This document shows, one piece after another, positions 9,772-18,541 of a stretch of DNA of 64,000 nt (positions are counted from its first letter, which is position 1; each line of letters begins with the position of its first letter). The notes under the pieces are model-generated. The model was not told the DNA's origin. It saw only the letters and a program-made list of their open reading frames with translations, and did not search any database. The position numbers and the translations under genes were made by a program. Source of the stretch: an uncultured Bacilli bacterium (GTDB lineage Bacteria > Bacillota_I > Bacilli_A > RF39 > UBA660); contig CAJTRV010000001.1 in NCBI GenBank assembly GCA_910578855.1, forward strand, positions 1,430-65,429, in the 5' to 3' direction.

Positions 9772-10260
9772 ATGAACAAAGAAAATTTAAATAGATATGT
9801 TAAAGAAATATCTGATGTTTTAGACGACAAAATTAAAATTATTACTTCAATTGAATATTACTATGATTTAGAAAAACTAGCATCTTCACTAAAAGATTTA
9901 TCTGATACCGAAGCTGAAAATGTTTTAGAACAATTAATCAATGAAAAACTAGAACAAATTAAGACAAGTGGTAAAGCAGATAAATTTAGAGAAAATAATA
10001 GACTTGTGGATGATGTAACTGAATTCTTCTATGAAAATAAGGAAGAAGATGTTGCCATTGTTGAAGAGGGAAGTTGCGTAGCAACAGATTTAATTTTAAA
10101 AACAATAGGTATAAATGGTAGAAAAATTGAATTACCAGTAAAGATTTCATATATAAAGGAATATTGTATAAGTAATATCATTGAGGAAAAAGATATAAGG
10201 AAAACGTTGTTGTGGATAGTTTTAGAACTATCAGTTGTAAGTTATTTTTTAAATAATTAA
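9772..10260 (+). CDS. Hypothetical protein
   Basis: ORF with RBS aaaggagc. No recognisable motif. Confidence 0.35.
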   Translation: MNKENLNRYVKEISDVLDDKIKIITSIEYYYDLEKLASSLKDLSDTEAENVLEQLINEKLEQIKTSGKADKFRENNRLVDDVTEFFYENKEEDVAIVEEGSCVATDLILKTIGINGRKIELPVKISYIKEYCISNIIEEKDIRKTLLWIVLELSVVSYFLNN

Positions 10261-10386
10261 AAATAATATATATAAGTAGTAGTAATTAGCAGTACCTGAA
10301 TCTACCTTTTTCAAGACACTTCTAATTCTATGGAAGTGTTTTATATTGTTAGTAATTTAAATTTATATAGATAAGGTTGTGATTTT

Positions 10387-10974
10387 ATGTTACAAGTTAG
10401 TAGAGCAAATAATCTTAAAATTCCAAAAACAATAGAAAATATTAGTGGAAATTTAAATAGTGTTGATGATAAGGTTGCAGTAAAACAAGCAATAGCTACA
10501 GCAAACAATCAAAAATTTGATAAGAAAAAAGTAAAAGAAAATGAAGAAAAGGATATGGAATTAGAAAGAATAGAAAAAATTCCATTTAATGCAAATGATT
10601 TAATGGTTATCACTGTTGTAAAAAAGCTAGGTGCTTATATAATTGCTGTTACTGAAAAATCTCCAGCTAAATATAGAGGTGTATTTGTTAATCGTATGCA
10701 AAATCTATCTTTAGAAATACTAGAATTACTTCTTCAAGCTAACTTTGTAAGAATTGATAGTTTAGATAATAAGAAAAAGAGAGAAGAATATCAAAAAGAT
10801 GCAATAATAAAATTAAAAATGTTAGGATATATAGCTATGGTGGCAGAAAATTCTAAATGTATATTATCTAAACAGTTTAAACAAATTTCGATTCAAATTG
10901 GTGAATCTATTAATTTAATAGCTGCTTGGAAAAAAAGCGACGATAATAGATGGAGTAGTCGTACAAATAATTAA
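10387..10974 (+). CDS. avd: Avd-like four-helix-bundle accessory protein of the DGR (possible true start at internal Met near 10555)
   Basis: C-terminal region KDAIIKLKMLGYIAMVAENSKCILSKQFKQISIQIGESINLIAAWKK resembles the Avd / 'S23 ribosomal-protein-like' four-helix-bundle family (LxxLGYI...EIGKML pattern). Basic. Located immediately upstream of TR-RT. Confidence 0.45.
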   Translation: MLQVSRANNLKIPKTIENISGNLNSVDDKVAVKQAIATANNQKFDKKKVKENEEKDMELERIEKIPFNANDLMVITVVKKLGAYIIAVTEKSPAKYRGVFVNRMQNLSLEILELLLQANFVRIDSLDNKKKREEYQKDAIIKLKMLGYIAMVAENSKCILSKQFKQISIQIGESINLIAAWKKSDDNRWSSRTNN

Positions 10975-11065
10975 AGGATTTTAAACCGAAAGGTTTTTAA
11001 TTAAGTAAATAATTTATTCTAGCGGCTTTACTTGTGTTGCGCCTTTGGCGCAGGGCTTTGTATTT

Positions 11066-11144
11066 GTCCGCGCGGTCAATAAGAATGGTAATAGGAACAA
11101 CAAATATAGGTATAAACGCAATGGTGCTGTTCGCCCAGATTTGC
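11066..11144 (+). repeat. DGR template repeat (TR)
   Basis: 79-bp near-identity to 12682..12760. Differs at 12 positions, all adenines in this copy (AAT/AAG/AAC/AAA codons). Confidence 0.85.
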
Positions 11145-11353
11145 TTTTGAAGAGATTTAATAATCTAAAAAACAGGTCAGAGAAATATATTTTAAGTAAA
11201 ATATATCAGAACTTTAAAGCAAAGGAATTATTTACTTTTCTAACCGCTATAATAGTGCGGTGGATAAATTTTTAACACCCACACAAGCAACGATAAAAAT
11301 ATCTTTGCAAGTTATAAGGGGTGTTTTTTTATTATTTATGGGGAGGATTTTTT

Positions 11354-12382
11354 ATGAAATTAGAAGAGATATTTACATTTGAAAATATATATAATGCCCA
11401 TAAAAAATGTAGAAGATCAAAACAACATAAAGGAGAAGTAATAAGATTTGAAGTAAATATTTCTGAAAATATTTGCAAATTACAAAAGGAAATAATATCA
11501 AAGAAATATAAAGTAGGAAAATATAAGGAATTTATAATATATGAACCAAAAGAAAGATTAATACAAGCTCTTCCATATAGAGATAGAATTGTATTAAGAT
11601 GTTTTTGCGATAATGTTTTAATTCCAAAGATTGAAAAAAAACTAATAAATGATAATGTTGCTTGTAGAAAAGGTAAAGGAACAAAATATGGAATGGATAG
11701 ATTGAAATATTTTTTACAAAAAGAATATTTTAAGAATAACGATAATAAAGTTTATTATTTGAAATGTGATATTCGTAAATATTTTCCTAGTATTAACCAC
11801 AATATTTTAATAAATAATCTAAAAAGGATTGGCTTTTCAGATGATGAATTTTGGTTTATAAACAAAATTATAAATGAACAACCTGATAATTTAGAAAAGG
11901 GTTTAGCATTAGGAAATCAATCAAGTCAATGGTTTGCTTTATATTATCTTGATAAAATTGATAGATTAATCAAAGAAAAACTTAAAGTTAAATGTTATGT
12001 TAGATATATGGATGATTTTATTTTAATTCATCGTGATAAAAAATATCTACAATATTGTTTGAAAATAATTAATAAAGTTTGTAATGAAGAATTAAATTTA
12101 GAACTTAATCAAAAAACTCAAATTGGTGTTGCCTATAATGGAATTGATTTTCTAGGATTTAATCATATTTTGACTGATAGTGGTAAAGTTATTAGAAAAC
12201 TTAGATTTTCATCTAAACAAAGAATGAGAAAACATATTAAAACTATAAAAAAACTTAAAGATAAATCTATAATTGATGAAGAATATGTTGGTATGAGAAT
12301 AAATGCTTTCAAAGCACATCTAAAATATTCTAATGAAAAAAGTATGGATAAATTATTATCAAATTTAGATAAAAACCTATAA
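11354..12382 (+). CDS. Diversity-generating retroelement reverse transcriptase
   Basis: RT motifs LKCDIRKYFPSINH (motif 3) and YVRYMDDFILI (YxDD). DGR-specific LGNQSSQ (I/LGxxxSQ in place of the group II intron QGxxxSP). About 340 aa. No maturase or endonuclease domains. RBS ggggagg precedes ATG 11354. Confidence 0.85.
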   Translation: MKLEEIFTFENIYNAHKKCRRSKQHKGEVIRFEVNISENICKLQKEIISKKYKVGKYKEFIIYEPKERLIQALPYRDRIVLRCFCDNVLIPKIEKKLINDNVACRKGKGTKYGMDRLKYFLQKEYFKNNDNKVYYLKCDIRKYFPSINHNILINNLKRIGFSDDEFWFINKIINEQPDNLEKGLALGNQSSQWFALYYLDKIDRLIKEKLKVKCYVRYMDDFILIHRDKKYLQYCLKIINKVCNEELNLELNQKTQIGVAYNGIDFLGFNHILTDSGKVIRKLRFSSKQRMRKHIKTIKKLKDKSIIDEEYVGMRINAFKAHLKYSNEKSMDKLLSNLDKNL

Positions 12383-12447
12383 AATTCAAAAAATAGTAAT
12401 AAAAAAATGAATTTATATGGTAAAATATAACTGTGGTGATGATTTAA

Positions 12448-14373
12448 ATGTATAATAATCAAGATTTAACTTTATTGTCGGAAGGACAAATTTGGGGGAA
12501 TGGTAATGAAGCCCAATTAGAAGTAATTAGAAAATATGGAACTAAGGCAGCAATTACAGATTTATGTGTTTTGACTGGTAGCTATTTATGTGAAGATACG
12601 GATTATAATATAGATGAAGATAGTTCATTAAAAGGTAGAACTAGTTGGTTTTGGACTAGATCTGATGATAATGACAATGATGTCCGCGCGGTCGATCGGG
12701 ATGGTACTAGGGACCACGAATGTAGGTATGAACGCATTGGTGCTGTTCGCCCAGCTTTGCAATCTTCTGTAATCTTTTCTCAAATCTCCCCGAACAGAGT
12801 GAGGGGATACAACGGAACTGAAGAAGTAGAATATGGTGAATATCCACAATATGCTGCTGATTCAAGAATGCAAAGTATATTAGAATCAGAATATAATAGG
12901 GGAATGAATAAAACAGGAAGAAGTTATACTTTTGATTCAGTAAAATATGACGATTATGATACTGGCTTTAAACCAGTGACTTATGAAGAATATGAATATC
13001 AAGGAAAAAAATATATTCGCATAAGGGCAAATTCTGATTTTGGTGGAAATAAATTTAAACTTTCAAATGGTATTGAATATAGAGATGGTGATTATGTTTG
13101 GGTAGAAGTATCACCTGTAAAATGGTTAATTGATGATAGAACAGGAATATTAATTTCAAAAAGAGGATTAGTTTCTGGAATAAGATTTCTTGATAAAAGA
13201 ACTAATTATAAAGGTGATTTTAGTAGAACAGAAATGAAGGAATATCTTGATAGATATATGATACGCGATTTAACTCAGACAGCAACATTTACTCGTGTTC
13301 AAGATATGACACCAGAAGAAAAAGCTCAATTTGAAGAAGAAAGAAAGCAAGCTGAAAAAAGAAGAAATCCTTATGGTTTAAAATTTGGACAAGTTAGTGA
13401 AGAAGAAATTATTAAAGGTGCAATAGAAAGTGGTGTTGCAGTATTCTTACATGGGCCTTCATCAGAAGGTAAATCTGCAAGAGTAAAGCAAATAGATCCT
13501 ACTTGTGAAATAATATATCTTCGTAATGCTACACCAGAAAGTTTAAATGGTAAAAGTGTATATAATCAATCAACAGGTGAGATGATGGATGTTCCACCAA
13601 CTTGGTTAAAGAAATTACAAGAAAAATGTGAAAAGGAACCTGATAGACTTCATGTAGTATTCTTTGATGAAATAACAAATGCACTACCTAGCATTCAAGG
13701 TATAGCATTTAATATAGTATTAGATAGAGAAGTTAATGGTATATGGAAATTGCCAGATAATGCTAGAATCGTTGCAGCAGGAAATGATATGAAAGATTCA
13801 TTAGCTGCAAATCAATTAGCAGAACCATTATTTAATAGATTTGCCCATGTTTATATTAAAACAACTACTGAGGGTTGGTTAAAATGGGCAAGTGAACATA
13901 ATATACATCCTGCTATTTACTCATATATTGCTTATAAAAAGGGCGAAACATTAAGAAGTAAATATGATGGTGAAAAACCTAACGCAGATCCAAGAAAATG
14001 GGAAATGGCTTCAAAAATGTTATATGCAACAGGAAGCCCTGAAATGTTAAGGGCGTTAGTTGGAGAGGATATTACAAGAGAATTTGTAGAATTCTGTAAT
14101 CAACAAGTTATAACATTAGATGATGTTATAAATGGAAATTATACCGATAGAGATATACAGGCATTAAATACTGCTGAAAGATATGCAACAACTATGGGAT
14201 TATCACAAGTTGATGATAATAACTTAGAAAAAGTAAGGGGTTTTGTTGCAGGTTTAGGAGCAGAGTTTGGAGCAATTTTTGATGCTTTATGGACACATGG
14301 CGATGAAAGTAAATTGGAAAGACTTGCAGAAGCAAAACTTGCTGAAATGCCAGGAGGAGGTATAAGAAGATAA
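12448..14373 (+). CDS. DGR target protein: N-terminal C-type-lectin-like variable domain fused to a MoxR/AAA_5-class AAA+ ATPase
   Basis: VR-encoded SWFWTRS...VRAVDRDGTRDHECRYERIGAVRPAL matches the DGR CLec consensus (WW.RS ... GVRP). The C-terminal half has Walker A LHGPSSEGKS, Walker B HVVFFDEITNA, sensor-1 RIVAAGN and PLFNRFAHVYI (the MoxR 'ALLDRF' motif). No signal peptide. Confidence 0.8.
   Translation: MYNNQDLTLLSEGQIWGNGNEAQLEVIRKYGTKAAITDLCVLTGSYLCEDTDYNIDEDSSLKGRTSWFWTRSDDNDNDVRAVDRDGTRDHECRYERIGAVRPALQSSVIFSQISPNRVRGYNGTEEVEYGEYPQYAADSRMQSILESEYNRGMNKTGRSYTFDSVKYDDYDTGFKPVTYEEYEYQGKKYIRIRANSDFGGNKFKLSNGIEYRDGDYVWVEVSPVKWLIDDRTGILISKRGLVSGIRFLDKRTNYKGDFSRTEMKEYLDRYMIRDLTQTATFTRVQDMTPEEKAQFEEERKQAEKRRNPYGLKFGQVSEEEIIKGAIESGVAVFLHGPSSEGKSARVKQIDPTCEIIYLRNATPESLNGKSVYNQSTGEMMDVPPTWLKKLQEKCEKEPDRLHVVFFDEITNALPSIQGIAFNIVLDREVNGIWKLPDNARIVAAGNDMKDSLAANQLAEPLFNRFAHVYIKTTTEGWLKWASEHNIHPAIYSYIAYKKGETLRSKYDGEKPNADPRKWEMASKMLYATGSPEMLRALVGEDITREFVEFCNQQVITLDDVINGNYTDRDIQALNTAERYATTMGLSQVDDNNLEKVRGFVAGLGAEFGAIFDALWTHGDESKLERLAEAKLAEMPGGGIRR
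12682..12760 (+). repeat. DGR variable repeat (VR) inside the target gene (codons about 79-104)
   Basis: Matches TR 11066..11144. Substitutions occur only where TR has A (a->g/c/t). Confidence 0.85.
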
Positions 14374-14765
14374 TGGAAAATAAAAAGGAAATATTATTGT
14401 CATATATAAGGACAAATGTTGCACCAATATTAGTTGATTTTATATCTGGTAAAGATTTGAATGGTGCAGTAGTATTGCCTGCTAATGTTGATGTTAAAGA
14501 ATTAAATGGTCATTATGATGGAGCAGATTTTATGCCACCAAAATGGCTTAATGAGATATTAAGTACAAATGCTAGTAAAATATTAGTAATAGATAAAATT
14601 GATACTATTTCAAAAGAAGAACAATTAAAATTTTGTGAATTATTAGAACATAGAAAAATATCTACATTTGAATTACCAAAAAGTTGTGTGATAATTGTAA
14701 CAGCAAACGAAATAAATAAAGATAAGATAAACGAAGAAATATTCTCATTAGTTGCACGAATTTGA
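14373..14765 (+). CDS. AAA-like domain fragment protein (Walker-B/sensor-1-like motifs, no Walker A). Translationally coupled to the DGR target.
   Basis: TAATG overlap at 14371-14375. KILVIDKID (hhhhD), CVIIVTAN (sensor-1-like). No GxxGxGKS. Confidence 0.4.
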   Translation: MENKKEILLSYIRTNVAPILVDFISGKDLNGAVVLPANVDVKELNGHYDGADFMPPKWLNEILSTNASKILVIDKIDTISKEEQLKFCELLEHRKISTFELPKSCVIIVTANEINKDKINEEIFSLVARI

Positions 14766-14775
14766 GGTATAAATT

Positions 14776-16386
14776 ATGAAATATGATATTGCAGCGTTAA
14801 AAAGAAAAATGCTTGTTAAATATCCCTTTTTTGGGAGTGTGGTAGCAAGTGTAGGTTATAAAGAAAACAAAGATATACCAACCGCAGGTACAGATGGAGA
14901 AACAATTTACTATAATCCTGAATATTTGGAAAGTTTAAGTGTTGAAGAACAGACTTTTATATTTGCTCATGAAGTATGTCATATTGCATTTAATCATATA
15001 TTAAGAAGTGAAGATAAAGATCCAGATTTATGGAATATTGCTACTGATGGTGTTATTAATCAATTTTTGAAACGAGATGGATTAAAAATGGCGCCGGGTG
15101 GAGTTGATATGGCAGAAGCTATTAATTACGATGCTGAACAGTTATATGAAAAACTATTACAAGAAAAACAGCAAAGACAACAGCAACAACAAACTGGACA
15201 AGGTAATAGTCAAAATCAACAAGGTAATCAGCAACAAAATCAACAACAAAGCGGTGGTAGTAGTCAAGGCGAAAATAACCAACAACAACCCCAATCACAA
15301 CAACAGAGTGGCGATTCACAAAATCAAGAACAAAATCAAGAAAATCAACAACAAAGTAGTGGTGGGGGGCAAAGTGGTGATGACCAACAGCAATCTCAAT
15401 CACAACAACAAGGTAGTTCAGGTGATGAAAGTTCACAAGAGCAAGATAAGCAATCACAAGAACAAAGCAGTGGTGGAACTGGGAAAGATTCACAAGAGGA
15501 AGATAAATCAAAACAAGATGTTGGACATGATACTCACAGCATGTGGGAACAAGCAGTTAAAAAGCATAAAGAGCAGCAAGAAAAATCTGATAAAAAAGAG
15601 AGTTTATTAGATAAGTTGTTAGGGAAAGATAAAGATAAAAAAGATAAAGAAAAAACTGAGCTTGAAAAGAAACAAGAAGAACTTGCAGAAATGGGAGAAA
15701 AAGATGCTTTTAAGAAAAATCTTGAAGATAAGAAAAAGCAACTTGAAGAATTAAAAGAAGCAATTTCTAAACAAGCATCACAAGCAGGAACTTCAACAAA
15801 TAGAGATGTTAGAACAGTTAATGATATTGGTACTGCAAAACCAATAGTTGATTGGCGATATATTTTAAGAGAAGCAATTAAATATGATGTAGATTGGTCA
15901 TATAAAAATGCTACATTAGAAGATGGTGTTGTTACTGCTAATTTAGAAGAACAACCAATGCCAGAAACTGAAATTGTTCTTGATACAAGTGGCTCAATAA
16001 ATGAAGTATTATTAAAGAACTTTTTAAGAGAATGTAAAAATATATTACAACATACTAAATTAAAAGTAGGATGTTTTGATACAGAATTTTATGGATTTCA
16101 AGAGATTAGAGCAGAAGAAGATATAGAAAATATGCGATTTGAAGGTGGTGGCGGTACTGACTTTGATGTCGCTGTAGGTGCTTTCTCAAGGCGAGTTGAA
16201 AATAAAATAATATTTACTGATGGAGAAGCTTCAATGCCGGATATGCCACTTGATGCAATATGGATAGTATTTGGTGGTGAAAGAATTAATCCTAAAGGTG
16301 GTAAAGTAATTCACATTACACCAGAACAATTGGATAGATTATATTCATACGAAATTGGGAGTGAAACCAGAGGAAGATCAAGATAA
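14776..16386 (+). CDS. Metallopeptidase-like (DUF2201-type HExxH) + von Willebrand factor A domain protein with central Q/S/N-rich disordered linker
   Basis: HEVCHIAFNH (HExxH), long polyQ/S segment, C-terminal VWA with MIDAS DTSGS...T...D. This is the family that pairs with MoxR AAA+ ATPases. Confidence 0.7.
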   Translation: MKYDIAALKRKMLVKYPFFGSVVASVGYKENKDIPTAGTDGETIYYNPEYLESLSVEEQTFIFAHEVCHIAFNHILRSEDKDPDLWNIATDGVINQFLKRDGLKMAPGGVDMAEAINYDAEQLYEKLLQEKQQRQQQQQTGQGNSQNQQGNQQQNQQQSGGSSQGENNQQQPQSQQQSGDSQNQEQNQENQQQSSGGGQSGDDQQQSQSQQQGSSGDESSQEQDKQSQEQSSGGTGKDSQEEDKSKQDVGHDTHSMWEQAVKKHKEQQEKSDKKESLLDKLLGKDKDKKDKEKTELEKKQEELAEMGEKDAFKKNLEDKKKQLEELKEAISKQASQAGTSTNRDVRTVNDIGTAKPIVDWRYILREAIKYDVDWSYKNATLEDGVVTANLEEQPMPETEIVLDTSGSINEVLLKNFLRECKNILQHTKLKVGCFDTEFYGFQEIRAEEDIENMRFEGGGGTDFDVAVGAFSRRVENKIIFTDGEASMPDMPLDAIWIVFGGERINPKGGKVIHITPEQLDRLYSYEIGSETRGRSR

Positions 16387-16518
16387 TTAAGGTTTGGGAC
16401 AAATAGTTCTAAATCTTTTTAATTTTGTAATTCACCTTTATATATAGGGAAAATTAATATTTTGTGTTATAATTAAATTGTACGATTAGGGCTTATTAAT
16501 TATAGGTATATTAAAGGA

Positions 16519-17979
16519 TTGAGTGATAGTATGAGAATAGGTTTAGATATAGATAATGTTGTAACCAATTTTGATAAAAAAATGTTAGAAGAATTTTATA
16601 AAGAAGATAAAAACAAAAGAAATAAGGGAATAGTTAATCCAGAAGGAAATTGGATTAAAAATATGTTTGATTGGTCAAATGATGAAATAGAGACCTTTTT
16701 TAATGACAATATGCAAGAATTTGCTAAAGAGTTAGAACCTAGAGAAGATGCTAAATATTATATGGATAAATTATTGGATGATGGGCATAGTTTATATTTA
16801 ATTTCACATAGAGCTTATCCACATTATACTGAACCATATAAAATTACTGAAAACTGGTTAAAAAAAAATAATATAAATTATACAAAATTAATACTTTCTA
16901 AAACTACAAATAAAAGTAAAGAATGTAAGGAAAATAACATTGATGTAATGTTTGATGATGTTAGAACTAATTGTCATCAATTGCAAGAAAGTGGTATTAA
17001 ATGTTATTTAATGGGAACAAACTATAATCAAAAAAAATTAGATGGATTAAAAGTAGTGAAAAATTGGAAGGAACTATATGAGGTGGTTAATAAAATGGAA
17101 AAGAAAAAAGTAATATTAGATACAGATATGTATAATGAAATAGATGATCAATTTGCATTAACTTATTTAATTAAATCATTGAATATTTTTGATTTACAAG
17201 CAATCACAATAGCTCCATTTTCAAAAAGTGGTTATGCTAATACTATGACTATTGAAGATGGAACAGAAAAAAGTTATGAGACAACTTTAAAAATATTAGA
17301 TATGTTGGATAAATCTGAATATAAAGATTTAGTATATAAGGGTGCAATAAAATATATGAAAGATAGTGAAGAAGATAATGATGCTGTAAATAAAATAATT
17401 GAAATATCAAATAAAAATGAAAAAACAACTATTTTAGCTATTGGAGCAATAACAAATGTTGCATTAGCTATTAAGAAAGCACCTGAAATTATTAGCAAAA
17501 TAAATGTAGTATGGTTAGGTGGTAATACTTTCTTAACTAAAGATAATAGTGAATTTAATTTTAGACAAGATATAAAAGCAGTACAAACAGTATTTAATTC
17601 AGGCGTTGAATTAGTTGTTATTCCATGTAGAAATGTTGCTTCTAATTTATCAACTACAATTTATGAATTACAACATTATTTAAGTGAGAATACAGAATTA
17701 AATAAATATTTAATTGATATTTTTATTAAGTGCAAAAAATCATTTATGAAAGAACCTAAAGATGAAATAGGTTCTAGTAAAACATTATGGGATCTAAGTG
17801 CAATAGCTTATGAGATAAATGCAGATTGGTTTAAATCTGAAATGATAAGTTGTCCTAATGTTCTTGATAATGGTTTATATGAACAAACAGAAAACAGACA
17901 TAATGTAATATTTGTGAATGATTTATATCGCAATAAAATATATCAAGATTTCTTTATTAAAATGGGATATAAAATTTAG
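16519..17979 (+). CDS. Fusion protein: HAD-type 5'(3')-deoxyribonucleotidase-like domain + inosine-uridine-preferring nucleoside hydrolase domain
   Basis: N-terminal GLDIDNVV (DxDxV HAD motif I). C-terminal LDTDMYNEIDDQFAL matches the nucleoside hydrolase DxDxxxDD signature. Confidence 0.6.
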   Translation: MSDSMRIGLDIDNVVTNFDKKMLEEFYKEDKNKRNKGIVNPEGNWIKNMFDWSNDEIETFFNDNMQEFAKELEPREDAKYYMDKLLDDGHSLYLISHRAYPHYTEPYKITENWLKKNNINYTKLILSKTTNKSKECKENNIDVMFDDVRTNCHQLQESGIKCYLMGTNYNQKKLDGLKVVKNWKELYEVVNKMEKKKVILDTDMYNEIDDQFALTYLIKSLNIFDLQAITIAPFSKSGYANTMTIEDGTEKSYETTLKILDMLDKSEYKDLVYKGAIKYMKDSEEDNDAVNKIIEISNKNEKTTILAIGAITNVALAIKKAPEIISKINVVWLGGNTFLTKDNSEFNFRQDIKAVQTVFNSGVELVVIPCRNVASNLSTTIYELQHYLSENTELNKYLIDIFIKCKKSFMKEPKDEIGSSKTLWDLSAIAYEINADWFKSEMISCPNVLDNGLYEQTENRHNVIFVNDLYRNKIYQDFFIKMGYKI

Positions 17980-18016
17980 AATAACTAGATACTAATATTG
18001 TGTAGAGGGTGATTAG

Positions 18017-18541
18017 ATGAAAGTATATATAGTAAGACATGGTCAAGTTTCACATAATGCTTTGAATCAATATAATACGAGTGATGAAGATTTAACAGAT
18101 TTAGGAATAAAGCAAGCAGAAGAATTAAGAAGCAAAATTCAAAATATACATTTTGATATTGTTATATCATCGCCATTATTAAGAGCTACTCATACAGAAT
18201 ACATACTTACAAATTATGATAATAGTATAATTACTGATGAAAGGTTAAGAGAAAGAAGCTGTGGTACTTTAAGTGGACAACCACTTGAAGTTACGAATAG
18301 AGAAGAATATTGGAATTATTATAGTGATGTTCAATATGGTATAAATGAAAATATACAAGATTTCTTTAAAAGAGTTTATAATTTTTTAGATGATCTTAAA
18401 ACAAAAGATTATAAAAGTGTTTTAATAGTTGCTCATAGTGGAGTTTCAAAAGCTTTTAGTGGTTATTTTGAAGGGATAAAGGATGGCAAATTTTTAAACA
18501 GAGGATTAAAAAATTGTGAAATTAAGGAGTATGAATTATGA
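18017..18541 (+). CDS. Histidine phosphatase superfamily (phosphoglycerate mutase-like) protein
   Basis: VRHGQ (RHG catalytic motif) at the N-terminus. About 175 aa. Confidence 0.65.
   Translation: MKVYIVRHGQVSHNALNQYNTSDEDLTDLGIKQAEELRSKIQNIHFDIVISSPLLRATHTEYILTNYDNSIITDERLRERSCGTLSGQPLEVTNREEYWNYYSDVQYGINENIQDFFKRVYNFLDDLKTKDYKSVLIVAHSGVSKAFSGYFEGIKDGKFLNRGLKNCEIKEYEL

Noticed and set aside
11045-11275. 76-aa ORF (MAQGFVFVRAVNKNGNRNNKYRYKRNGAVRPDL...)
   Set aside because: It is the in-frame translation of the DGR template repeat and flanking spacer. The TR is a non-coding RNA template, and the ORF has no RBS and an Asn/Lys-rich composition dictated by AAY codons.
11354-12382. Group II intron or retron interpretation of the reverse transcriptase
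   Set aside because: No maturase/X or endonuclease domain, no intron RNA domains V/VI evident, and the RT has the DGR-specific (I/L)GxxxSQ motif together with an adjacent TR/VR pair showing A-specific mismatches.
12786-12808. Hairpin downstream of VR as a definitive DGR cruciform/IMH-associated structure
   Set aside because: The stem is only 5 bp (tcccc/gggga) with an 11-nt loop, and lies 26 nt after the VR. It is too weak to call a functional element, and is only mentioned within the DGR finding.
15098-15610. 170-aa + strand ORF and overlapping 129-aa minus-strand ORF (15122..15511) inside the VWA gene
   Set aside because: Both are alternative-frame readings of the caa/cag-rich low-complexity linker of 14776..16386. 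They have no RBS and no independent support.
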